Assembly (NCBI GenBank): GCA_965199245.1 | Contig: CBDAQP010000001.1 | Coordinates: 822,663-846,662, forward strand | DNA length: 24,000 nt | Direction: 5' to 3' | Source of the DNA: Kiloniellaceae bacterium | GTDB taxonomy: Bacteria; Pseudomonadota; Alphaproteobacteria; Kiloniellales; Kiloniellaceae | Shown here: piece by piece, positions 16,777 to 24,000 of the stretch | Layout: every line of letters begins with the position of its first letter | Numbering within the stretch: position 1 is the stretch's first letter | The notes under the pieces: model-generated | The model's input: the letters and a program-made list of their open reading frames with translations, nothing else | The model's database searches: none | What the model was told of the DNA's origin: nothing | Program-made: the position numbers and the translations under genes

Positions 16777-18087
16777 CTAGATAAACCCGGTGATGAGGCC
16801 GGGGAAAAGGATGAGAAGACCCAAAACTGCGAGCTGTAACCCGATAAAGGGCAAGACACCTTTGTAGATTTCACCTGTTTCCAGGCGGTTTCCTGCGGCT
16901 CCTTTGAGATAAAACAGGGAAAAGCCAAAGGGTGGAGTCAGGAAAGAGCTTTGCAAATTGACGGCAACAAGGATGCCAAACCAGACGAGCAGTGATTGAC
17001 CGCTTAGCCCGTTTCCGAAATCAGAACCTGCCATAATAGGTGTAAAGATGGGTAAGAGGATTAAGGTAATTTCCAGCCAGTCCAAAATGAACCCGAGCAG
17101 AAAAATCGTCCCCATGACCACGAGGAGGACAGTCAACGGCCCGTCGCCAAAGGCTGTCACCCCCGCCCGAACCAGATCATCCCCCCCGATTCCTTTGAAG
17201 ACAGCAGAAAAACAGGTCGCGCCAATCATGATAAACAGCACCATTGTTGTCGTTGTGATGGTTTTTTCTGCGGCTTCCTTGATCATTCTCAGGCTGAATT
17301 GGCCGTAAAAAAGGGTGATGAGCATGGCCCCCAAAACGCCCAGACCGCTGGCCTCAGTCGGTGTGGCGAGTCCGGAAATAATCGACCCCAGAACAGAGAT
17401 CACGAGCATAAAAAGCGGGGCGAGGTCCAGGACAAGTCGTCCTGTGTTTGGACTGTTTTTTCCTGAACCAGGGGGGGGGCACCCGCGCGCGCGCCAGAAG
17501 ACCACGCCGGCATAACCAGAGATGAGCAGGATTGCCGGACCCAGTGCTGCCTTGAACATGTCAGGTACGGATATTTGCAACTGATCGCCCAGGACAATCA
17601 ACATGACTGAGGGGGGAATTAAAATAGCCAGCGTTCCCGAGGCAGCAACAAGTCCAGCGGCTGTTTCCCTGTCATAGCCTGCCTCTGTCAGGCGGGGCAG
17701 GGCCAGCAGGCCCAGAAGCACGACAGAGGCCCCGACAATCCCCGAAGAGGCCGCGAGCAGAACACCGATGACCAAAACGGAAAGTCCCATGCCTGCGGTG
17801 GATCCGCCTAGTCCGCGCTGCGCTGCGCGGAGTGCGCGTTCACCCACACCCGATTTTTCCAAAATCAGCCCCATGAAAATAAACATTGGAATGGTCACGA
17901 GAAGCCAGTTTGACAAAACATTAGCGTAGATTCGGCTGACGAGGATGTTAGAGAAAGCCAGTGGCAAATCAGACAACAAAATAAAAAGCGCGGCGGATCC
18001 CGCGAGCACCATGCCGACACGATAACCTGCCAGCAGACCAATCAGCGTCAACGCAGACATGGCGAGGGGAAGAAGGTTTTCGCTCAT
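16777..18087 (-). CDS. dctM: TRAP transporter large permease (DctM-like)
   Basis: 436-aa polytopic membrane protein. ATGA overlap with dctQ, and positioned between dctQ and dctP. Confidence 0.9.
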   Translation of the reverse strand: MSENLLPLAMSALTLIGLLAGYRVGMVLAGSAALFILLSDLPLAFSNILVSRIYANVLSNWLLVTIPMFIFMGLILEKSGVGERALRAAQRGLGGSTAGMGLSVLVIGVLLAASSGIVGASVVLLGLLALPRLTEAGYDRETAAGLVAASGTLAILIPPSVMLIVLGDQLQISVPDMFKAALGPAILLISGYAGVVFWRARGCPPPGSGKNSPNTGRLVLDLAPLFMLVISVLGSIISGLATPTEASGLGVLGAMLITLFYGQFSLRMIKEAAEKTITTTTMVLFIMIGATCFSAVFKGIGGDDLVRAGVTAFGDGPLTVLLVVMGTIFLLGFILDWLEITLILLPIFTPIMAGSDFGNGLSGQSLLVWFGILVAVNLQSSFLTPPFGFSLFYLKGAAGNRLETGEIYKGVLPFIGLQLAVLGLLILFPGLITGFI

Positions 18088-18593
18088 CGCATCCCCCGAA
18101 TCATACGGATTATTTCGATGACAAGCGCTAAAAGAAGCAAAATCAAACCAAGTGGCAGGGTCGCCTTGATAAGCCAGGGGTCGTTTAATCCATCGGTGCG
18201 CGAACCTTCACCAGACGCCCGGCTACGTTGCACAAAATCGAACGATGCTGGTATAATGAGGAAGAAAAAGGGCAGGGAAAAAATCAAATGCCCCCAAAGA
18301 TCAACCCCCGCTTTCCAGCGCGATGATCGTTGGCTATAAAAAAAATCAACCCGCACATGTCGATCTTCGAGCCAGACCAGACCAAGAGGAAGAATCCCGA
18401 TCATGACCAAAAAATGCCATTGGCTGTCTAACAGTGTGTTCAAACTGATTACTGTACCAACAACAGGGTAGTTACGATCAAAACTCATGAGTGGATTCAC
18501 ACCTAACGCACCACACAGCACCTGCATTGTGATGGCGGCCATCAAAACGACCAGCAAGCCAGACAAGGTGGTGTAAAGTCCGCGCACAATCAT
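18084..18593 (-). CDS. dctQ: TRAP transporter small permease (DctQ-like)
   Basis: 169 aa with 4 predicted TM segments. First gene of the Q-M-P operon, and its 3' end overlaps the dctM start. Confidence 0.85.
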   Translation of the reverse strand: MIVRGLYTTLSGLLVVLMAAITMQVLCGALGVNPLMSFDRNYPVVGTVISLNTLLDSQWHFLVMIGILPLGLVWLEDRHVRVDFFYSQRSSRWKAGVDLWGHLIFSLPFFFLIIPASFDFVQRSRASGEGSRTDGLNDPWLIKATLPLGLILLLLALVIEIIRMIRGMR

Positions 18594-18652
18594 AACATCA
18601 ATCCCATGTTCCCGGTTCTATTCCTGAGTGTTTTTAGTTCTATGTGAATTAT

Positions 18653-18664
18653 TTCCATATGGAA
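18653..18664. promoter_or_regulatory. Perfect 12-bp palindrome TTCCATATGGAA in the dctQ/marR divergent intergenic region; candidate MarR operator
   Basis: Read directly from the sequence. It lies 60 bp from the dctQ start and 47 bp from the marR start, embedded in a longer imperfect dyad, AGTTCTATGTGAATTATTTCCATATGGAACT. Confidence 0.35.
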
Positions 18665-18710
18665 CTATTTGTCGTCAACAGTTATGTTATAAAAGAAAGC
18701 GAGTCAGGCC

Positions 18711-19178
18711 GTGAAGCTCTTGGATATTCTGGATGCCACGCCGATTCCTGTCGCCTATCGTTTGTCATTTTTGACAAATTTCTGGCGCGAACCTCTATTG
18801 CGTTGGATGGAGCGCGAGACCGGGCTGATTCGACCCGAATTAACTGTTTTGATTTGCCTAGCTTACCAGTCTGATCTCTACGCGCGCGATATTTGTGAAA
18901 TTACAGAACAGCCGCCGAACACGGTAAGCCGGGCTGTTTTTTCACTTGTTGAGAAAAAGCTCATCATCAGAACACGGGATAAAACAGACGCCAGACGTCA
19001 GGTTCTCAACATCACCCCGAAGGGCCGCGCACAGCACGACGATCTGATGACCTGCTTCGCGGCATCTGAATCACGGATGTTGAGCACACTCAGCGCACAG
19101 GAGGTCGCAACCTTGATAAGGTTGCTCGACAAAGTGGCCCGCGATGTTGGTCGCTGGCACTGTGACAAGCATCGCTGA
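18711..19178 (+). CDS. MarR-family transcriptional regulator
   Basis: 155 aa with GTG start. LIRPELTVLICLAYQSDLYARDICEITEQPPNTVSRAVFSLVEKKLIIRTRDKTDARRQVLNITPKGRA is the MarR winged-HTH and wing. Confidence 0.85.
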   Translation: MKLLDILDATPIPVAYRLSFLTNFWREPLLRWMERETGLIRPELTVLICLAYQSDLYARDICEITEQPPNTVSRAVFSLVEKKLIIRTRDKTDARRQVLNITPKGRAQHDDLMTCFAASESRMLSTLSAQEVATLIRLLDKVARDVGRWHCDKHR

Positions 19179-19398
19179 ACAGATTTTTTTCCAGACTGTG
19201 CGATCCAGGCAGTGGGCATCGACCAGCAGCTGAACCAGGGGGGAGCGGATTGACGAAAGGGGGTGGGTGTTCATGCCAGTTTTTTTGCCCGCATCATCAG
19301 GATAGCATACCTTGATAATAGCAGAGCGGGGGGGGGGAGTGAAAAACGAAAAGGGCCGCAAAACCAAGGCTCTCCGTGCCTGGTGTGGATCCTAAAAA

Positions 19399-19632
19399 TG
19401 TGATTCATAGAAGGAAACAGTTTTGGAGGTTTCCCTGGGTCAGCCCCTTCCCTTGCGTCAGGATTATGACGCATCCAGTCTTCGCCGCCTCGCCCGGCAA
19501 TCAGCAGAGTCCAGCCAGACGAAGCGTTTGCTTGCCCTTGCCGTCATATATGATGGCGGCCGCCGCAGCGAGGCGGCGCAGGTTGGCGGCGTTGGCGGTC
19601 AAATTGTTCGTGATTGGGTGTTGCGCTTCAAT
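19399..19632 (+). mobile_element. 5' fragment of an IS630-B-like element (copy 2, start codon lost)
   Basis: Colinear with 13951-14190: ..LGQPLPLRQDYDASSLRRLARQSAESSQTKRLLALAVIYDGGRRSEAAQVGGVGGQIVRDWVLRFN. CTG replaces the ATG. 42/62 identical over the first aligned 62 nt. It ends abruptly at about 19632. Confidence 0.75.
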
Positions 19633-20290
19633 GACCTGTTCGACGCGCACACGAAAGCGAGAGAGGGCGTGGTTGTATTCTTTTTCTTCTTTTGTGAGTT
19701 TGCCTTTCCCTGGTTTTTTGTCAGGCCTGTCGAAGCTGTTGTGATCTTCCTGATAGCCTTGATAGCCGCTGTCACCGTTCGCGTTTTCGGGCAAGGGCGG
19801 CCCCCGCCCGCCTACGGAGGAATAAGTCGTGGACAGGTTCTGGAGCAGAAGGCGAGACGGATACAATGCGTTCTTCTTCCGTTATGATCACATCGTTCTT
19901 GATGCTCTGGTGTTTTTTTGCCGGAAAACCAGCGTTTCTGACCCCGCTGCGGACGCTGTACGGGTTGCTCTGTGGCATCCGATCAAAAGGGCTTGCGCTT
20001 CTTCCTCTGTGACACGAATAGTGCGTTTGACGCCCGGTGCGCGCTTCGCCAAAGGCTCAATCCAGCGCAAAGTCCGGCAAATTGTGGCGTTGTCCACGCC
20101 GGACAGGAGGCCAGGAAAATCCTGCGTGATATGACAGCGGTACAACAGCAGCATCACAAGAAGATGACCCTCCGGATCGCCCACCCCCCATGGATGACCA
20201 GACCAGTTCTTGCGGCGGCAATGCCGCTCCCACGAGCACCGCAAACAATCCGTCATTTGTGGGAAAATATTCGGCGTAATCCCCGTCAGA
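19633..20290 (-). mobile_element. Truncated, frameshifted IS5-family/Harbinger-like element (HTH_Tnp_4 + DDE_Tnp_4 type transposase)
   Basis: Minus-strand pieces: LTGITPNIFPQMTDCLRCSWERHCRRKNWSGHPWGVGDPEGHLLVMLLLYRCHITQDFPGLLSGVDNATICRTLRWIEPL; DATEQPVQRPQRGQKRWFSGKK; HQSIKNDVIITEEERIVSVSPSAPEPVHD; GDSGYQGYQEDHNSFDRPDKKPGKGKLTKEEKEYNHALSRFRVRVEQVI. The first ~20 and last ~50 codons are lacking. Confidence 0.75.
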
Positions 20291-20418
20291 TATAGCCAAT
20301 TCATTATAATCTGGTTATATTTTATGGATGAGATATTCATCAGATTTCCGCCGTAAGGTTTTATCTGTCCGATGAACAACTCTTCCAAATTTAATCATTT
20401 TATATGGGATAGACTATA
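20291..20418 (+). mobile_element. 128-bp internal-deletion derivative of IS630-A (5' region joined to right end)
   Basis: 20291-20371 matches the reverse complement of 11507-11587 at 74/81. 20371-20418 matches the reverse complement of 10730-10777 at 42/48. It retains a 15-codon stub, MRYSSDFRRKVLSVR. Confidence 0.8.
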
Positions 20419-20460
20419 GCAATCGCTTAGGATTTGTTCAGCGCGGACTCATTAGCATTG
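20417..20460 (+). mobile_element. Solo terminal ~42 bp of a second copy of the IS5-type element seen at 11963-13356 (inverted orientation)
   Basis: The reverse complement, CAATGCTAATGAGTCCGCGCTGAACAAATCCTAAGCGATTGCTA, aligns with 11963-12004, CAATGGATTAGTTCGCGCTGAACAAAGCCTAAGTCATTGCTA. Similarity ends exactly at the TA where the IS630-A derivative begins. Confidence 0.6.
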
Positions 20461-20560
20461 CCTCGGGCTGTATCAATGGAAAGCCCAACGCGATGACACC
20501 CGACAAAGCAGAGCGACTGCGTCAAGCCTGGGAGGATGACCTCAGGCTTTCAGACAGGTT

Positions 20561-21367
20561 TTATAAACTGCGAAACGCTTCTTCGATGCGATAAGAACCC
20601 AGATCAGGTTCCCTGTATCCTTCTGCGTCCTGACGTTGTGGAAGTTCGATTTTTCCTGATTGTAGATCAGGATAGTCAAACTGCCTCAGAAAATGGGATA
20701 TACAATTCAAACGCGCCTGACGTTTGTCGTTGGCTTCGACCAGATACCACGGTGCCCAGCCTGTGTGAGTTGCCGCAAACATGGCATCGCGTGCGCGTGA
20801 ATAGTCATACCAGCGTTTGTGGGCTTCTATGTCCATGGTGCTGAGTTTCCAAATTTTACGCGGGTCGCTGATCCTTTGTTCAAAGCGTTTGGTTTGTTCT
20901 TCAGCGTTGATTTCAAGCCAATATTTAATCAGCTTGATCCCTGATTGTGTGATCATTTTTTCAAAAAAAGGCGTTGTTTCCAAAAAATGATTGTATTCTT
21001 CGTCGCTACAGAATCCCATGACCTTTTCAACGCCGGCGCGATTGTACCAACTGCGATCAAACAAAACGACCTCCCCTGCGGAGGGGAAACGACTGAGATA
21101 ACGTTGGAGATACATCTGACTGCGTTCTAAATCGGTCGGCGCGGCGAGTGCTTCAACACGGAAAACACGCGGACTGACCCGGTCTGTGATCCGTTTAATC
21201 ATGCCACCCTTTCCTGCAGAGTCCCGGCCTTCAAACAACACAATCACGCGCAGGCCACTTTCACGCACATGGTTTTGCAGTTTGACAAGTTCCCCTTGTA
21301 AATCCGCAAGTGTGCGTTCATAAAACTCCCTGCCTATTTTTTCTGAGCCATCTTTTTTCTGAGCCAT
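20561..21367 (-). CDS. ppk2: Polyphosphate kinase 2 (single-domain PPK2)
   Basis: 268 aa. VLFEGRDSAGKGGMIKRI (Walker A-like), FDRSWYNRAGVEKVMGF, and the lid region KIWKLSTMDIEAHKRWYDYSRARDAMF. Colinear with class I PPK2 enzymes. Confidence 0.9.
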   Translation of the reverse strand: MAQKKDGSEKIGREFYERTLADLQGELVKLQNHVRESGLRVIVLFEGRDSAGKGGMIKRITDRVSPRVFRVEALAAPTDLERSQMYLQRYLSRFPSAGEVVLFDRSWYNRAGVEKVMGFCSDEEYNHFLETTPFFEKMITQSGIKLIKYWLEINAEEQTKRFEQRISDPRKIWKLSTMDIEAHKRWYDYSRARDAMFAATHTGWAPWYLVEANDKRQARLNCISHFLRQFDYPDLQSGKIELPQRQDAEGYREPDLGSYRIEEAFRSL

Positions 21368-21374
21368 CTTTTTT
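21337..21374. repeat. Perfect 16-bp tandem duplication (TTTTTTCTGAGCCATC x2 plus TTTTTT) spanning the ppk2 start codon
   Basis: Read directly from the sequence. On the coding strand it is AAAAAAGATGGCTCAGAAAAAAGATGGCTCAGAAAAAA. Two ATGs lie 16 nt apart, and only the upstream one (21367) is in frame with PPK2. Confidence 0.9.
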
Positions 21375-21441
21375 GCCTTTGTCGTTTCAGTTCAGGTGAG
21401 CAATAGAACCTTTTTCCAAAAAATGATAGAGTGCGTTATGC

Positions 21442-23697
21442 TTAGTCTTCATCACATTTTGAAAGAGTGACCAGGCAACTTTGCGCTGCCGTGGCCTGTG
21501 ATAAACTGGAACTTGGAAAATCACGGGTGAGTGCATTTGGATTGCCGCCCGGATCAATTTTGTTTGTGCTCCCGACAAAATGATGACCTGTTTCCATAAC
21601 CGCGACACCGTCCCGGCAGGTCGGCGAAATGTTCACGGTGGCGGTACAGCCGCCCGCGTTTGATCTGACAGTAACCTGTTGCGTGTTGGTCAATCCGCGT
21701 TTTGCCGCCTCTGCTGGACTGATGGTAATCGATGGGTGTTGCCTTTGTGCAAGCCGTGTGCGGTTAAGCTGGCTGTGTAAAAATTTTTCCGGTTGTCGTG
21801 ACAGCAGGGCCAGTTCATCATCCTGCGCTTCTCCAACCCATTCTTTCGGTGGACGCCATTCCGGATGGCTTGCAATGTCGGGAGAGGCAGATGCTTTGAT
21901 CTGGGTACAGTTGAGTTCAATCTTGCCCGAGACGGTGGTCAAGGCGTTTTTTTTGGGGTCTGCAATAAAATCGCTTAAAAGAATTTCGGACTGATCTGGT
22001 TTGGGGACAAACCATATTTTTTGCTTTTTCAGTTGCTCAAAATCCGGTGCAGTGAGTCCCTGCGCCCGCGCCCGGCATTCTGTCTTGTGCCAGAGATGCG
22101 CGAGCCACTCCGATTCTGTGCGATTTTCCGTATAGCTTTCCAGGCATCCGATACGGCCTGCCAGGTCGCTAAAAATATCATAATCGTTTCGGGCCTTGCC
22201 GACAGGGTCAATAAGCCTGGGCATGAAAAACACGTGTGGGTCGCGCGATGATCCGCCAATATCATTGCGCTCCAGCGTTGTTGTTGCAGGCAGAACAATA
22301 TCTGCCCGCAATGCCGTGGCTGTCCATGTTTGTTCATGAACGATAATTGTTTCAGGTTTGGCCCACAGACGTTCGAGACGAAAAAGATCCTGGGCATGGT
22401 GAAAGGGATTTCCGCCAGCCCAGTAGATCAGTTTTGTTTCTGGGTAGACTATTCTGCGCCCGTCAAAGGGAATTTCTTGACCCGGATTTTCCAGCATGTC
22501 GGCAAAACGTGCGACAGGAATAGCTGTCCCGGATCGGTTCCCAAGCGTTTCTAACAGGGGGACGAGTCCTTTTCGAGCATCTTCGCCCACGGCGTTCAGC
22601 GACCCATAGCCGAATGTAAAACCGCCCCCGGGCTGACCAATTTGTCCCAGGATTGCGGCCAAGGCAATAAGAGCCCAATAAGGTTGCTCGCCCCGATGTG
22701 CACGTTGGAGAGACCAGCTCGCGGTCAACATCACACGTCCACTGGCCATCTGGTCAGCAAGCTGGTGGAGCGTTGCCGCCGGGACATCGCTGATTGCCGC
22801 TGCCCAGTCCAATGACTTTGGCACGTCGTCTGATTTGCCCAAAAGATAATCGCGGAGGACCTCTGCACCCGTGCAGTATTTTGCGAGAAACGCCTCATCA
22901 GCACGACCACGGCGGATCATCTCATAACAAAGACCCAGTATAATCGCCGTATCGCTCCCCGGGAGGGGAGCAATCCATTCGGCATTTGATCCGTGGGGAA
23001 TATCATTGGCGAGTGGGCTAATGACAATAAATTTTGTTCCGCATCGGTGGGCGTTACGGATGTGGTCGGGCATGTGGTGAGTGCCAGCCCCCCCGGAGGT
23101 CACGCGCCAATTTTTGGCAGAGAGTCCACCGAAAGCAACCAAGACGTCAGTGTGATCGACAATCGTGCGCCACGACGTCGCCGCACCTGAAACGGCATCA
23201 GCATTTCCAAGAACCTTTTGCAAAATGATTTGTGCGGCCCCCCAGCTATAATTGCCCGTCTGATCCGTAAACCCGCCGAACGCGCCAAAGAATCGGCGGG
23301 TTTGCGTGCGGGCATGATGGAAACGCCCCGCACTCGACCACCCGTAAGATCCCGCAAAAATCGCTTGATATCCATAATGCTCGCGCACGCGCTCCAGTTC
23401 GTTCGCGATGTGTGAAAGTGCGGTTTCCCAGCTCACAGGAACCATTTCTTCGCGTCCACGCGGATGAACAATTTGATCTCGATCACGGAACCAGCCAGCA
23501 CGCATGTAGGGCTGATCGATACGTTGAGGTGAATAGACCAGATCAGCGATGGCCCCGATCATATCAGGATCAGCACCGCTCCCTTTTAAAGGGCGCGTGG
23601 CGATCAGGCGTCCATTTTCAACCTCTGCCTCAAAAGCCCCCCAATGCGACAAACTGAGCGGGTTTGTGAGGCTTTCAATATACTGTGGAGACAACAT
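21442..23697 (-). CDS. Cytoplasmic molybdopterin (bis-MGD) oxidoreductase of the DMSO-reductase family, BisC/TorZ-like S-/N-oxide reductase type
   Basis: 751 aa. No Tat/Sec signal and no N-terminal Cys cluster. SHWGAFEAEVENGRL, FAGSYGWSSAGRFHHARTQTRRFFGAFGGFTDQTGNYSWGAAQ, and GNPFHHAQD are hallmarks of the BisC-like branch. Confidence 0.85.
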   Translation of the reverse strand: MLSPQYIESLTNPLSLSHWGAFEAEVENGRLIATRPLKGSGADPDMIGAIADLVYSPQRIDQPYMRAGWFRDRDQIVHPRGREEMVPVSWETALSHIANELERVREHYGYQAIFAGSYGWSSAGRFHHARTQTRRFFGAFGGFTDQTGNYSWGAAQIILQKVLGNADAVSGAATSWRTIVDHTDVLVAFGGLSAKNWRVTSGGAGTHHMPDHIRNAHRCGTKFIVISPLANDIPHGSNAEWIAPLPGSDTAIILGLCYEMIRRGRADEAFLAKYCTGAEVLRDYLLGKSDDVPKSLDWAAAISDVPAATLHQLADQMASGRVMLTASWSLQRAHRGEQPYWALIALAAILGQIGQPGGGFTFGYGSLNAVGEDARKGLVPLLETLGNRSGTAIPVARFADMLENPGQEIPFDGRRIVYPETKLIYWAGGNPFHHAQDLFRLERLWAKPETIIVHEQTWTATALRADIVLPATTTLERNDIGGSSRDPHVFFMPRLIDPVGKARNDYDIFSDLAGRIGCLESYTENRTESEWLAHLWHKTECRARAQGLTAPDFEQLKKQKIWFVPKPDQSEILLSDFIADPKKNALTTVSGKIELNCTQIKASASPDIASHPEWRPPKEWVGEAQDDELALLSRQPEKFLHSQLNRTRLAQRQHPSITISPAEAAKRGLTNTQQVTVRSNAGGCTATVNISPTCRDGVAVMETGHHFVGSTNKIDPGGNPNALTRDFPSSSLSQATAAQSCLVTLSKCDED

Positions 23698-23706
23698 TGT
23701 GTCTTT

Positions 23707-23913
23707 TTACGCCTCTCCCCGTCTGGCTTTTCGTTCGCGAATTGTCACGCCACCCACTGTCCAGTCATCTGCTGAAATATCGTCAAAGACAACGTAGACA
23801 TGTTCAGGGTGTGCATTGCAATGGCGCACCATCGTTTCTGTCATTTCCTGAGCGGCCTTTTTTTTCTGTTCTGCTGTGCGTCCTTCGGCGAGGGTGATTC
23901 TGATCATTGGCAT
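23707..23913 (-). CDS. 4-oxalocrotonate tautomerase family protein
   Basis: 68 aa with AAGGAG RBS 7 nt upstream. MPMIRITLAEGRTAEQKKKAAQEMTETMV has catalytic Pro at position 2 and the beta-alpha-beta pattern of the family. Confidence 0.85.
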   Translation of the reverse strand: MPMIRITLAEGRTAEQKKKAAQEMTETMVRHCNAHPEHVYVVFDDISADDWTVGGVTIRERKARRGEA

Positions 23914-23924
23914 TGTGAAACTCC

Positions 23925-24000
23925 TTAGATAAGGGAAAGGCCGCCATCGACGCGCAAAGTCTGGCCCGTAATGTGGCGTGCCTCCCGGGAGAGAAAGAAC
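23925..24000 (-). CDS. 3' end of a short-chain dehydrogenase/reductase (partial; continues beyond the window)
   Basis: The reverse strand reads ..FFLSREARHITGQTLRVDGGLSLI-stop, the canonical SDR C-terminus (ITGQ.L.VDGG). Confidence 0.6.
   Translation of the reverse strand, partial: FFLSREARHITGQTLRVDGGLSLI

Noticed and set aside
17471-17479. G9 homopolymer inside dctM as a possible phase-variation tract.
   Set aside because: It encodes an in-frame Pro run (GCPPPGSG) in a full-length ORF, and there is no evidence of length variation from a single sequence.
19071-19367. 98-aa minus-strand ORF overlapping the marR 3' end.
   Set aside because: It is largely antisense to marR, with no RBS or motif. 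The non-overlapping part (MNTHPLSSIRSPLVQLLVD..) has no family resemblance.
13951-19632. Composite-transposon idea: the hydrolase/TRAP/MarR module is flanked by two directly oriented IS630-B fragments.
   Set aside because: The two copies are only about 68% identical over the first aligned 62 nt (42/62). Both are truncated pseudogenes lacking right ends, and no target duplications are visible. They are independent old insertions rather than a mobilisable unit.
20493-20594. 33-aa plus-strand ORF (MTPDKAERLRQAWEDDLRLSDRFYKLRNASSMR), open back to the IS5 tip; possibly the 3' remnant of a gene disrupted by the IS.
   Set aside because: It is too short, has no recognisable family, and overlaps the ppk2 3' end. 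It cannot be supported without database searches.

Overview
This 24-kb segment looks alphaproteobacterial, judging from the System I cytochrome c maturation genes, a TRAP transporter and IS1031/IS427-type IS remnants. An Acetobacteraceae/Rhodospirillales-like host is only my guess. It falls into three blocks.

(1) 0.2-8.5 kb, core genes. A SahR-like ArsR/methyltransferase-fold regulator (minus strand) is divergent from a complete, colinear, translationally coupled ccmABCDEFGHI cluster (plus strand).

(2) 8.55-14.7 kb, an insertion-sequence graveyard. It holds remnants of IS3, three different IS5-family lineages and two IS630 lineages, all inactivated by truncation, frameshifts or nested insertion. 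Two type II toxin-antitoxin loci are trapped inside: an intact hicAB, and a phd/yefM antitoxin whose parE/relE-type toxin is cut off after about 35 codons.

(3) 14.7-24 kb, accessory metabolic genes, all minus-strand except the MarR gene. An alpha/beta-hydrolase and TRAP dctQMP are divergent from the plus-strand MarR regulator gene. A second small IS pile follows (19.4-20.46 kb), then PPK2, a signal-less BisC-like molybdopterin oxidoreductase, a 4-OT-family tautomerase and the 3' end of an SDR.

I see no recognisable defence system, CRISPR array, rRNA/tRNA gene or prophage. The best candidates for something undescribed are the MarR/TRAP/hydrolase plus Mo-enzyme/tautomerase/SDR gene set, for which no pathway can be assigned from sequence, and the orphaned antitoxin. 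Both are inference-level. IS boundaries were set by eye and are approximate (about +/-20 bp).
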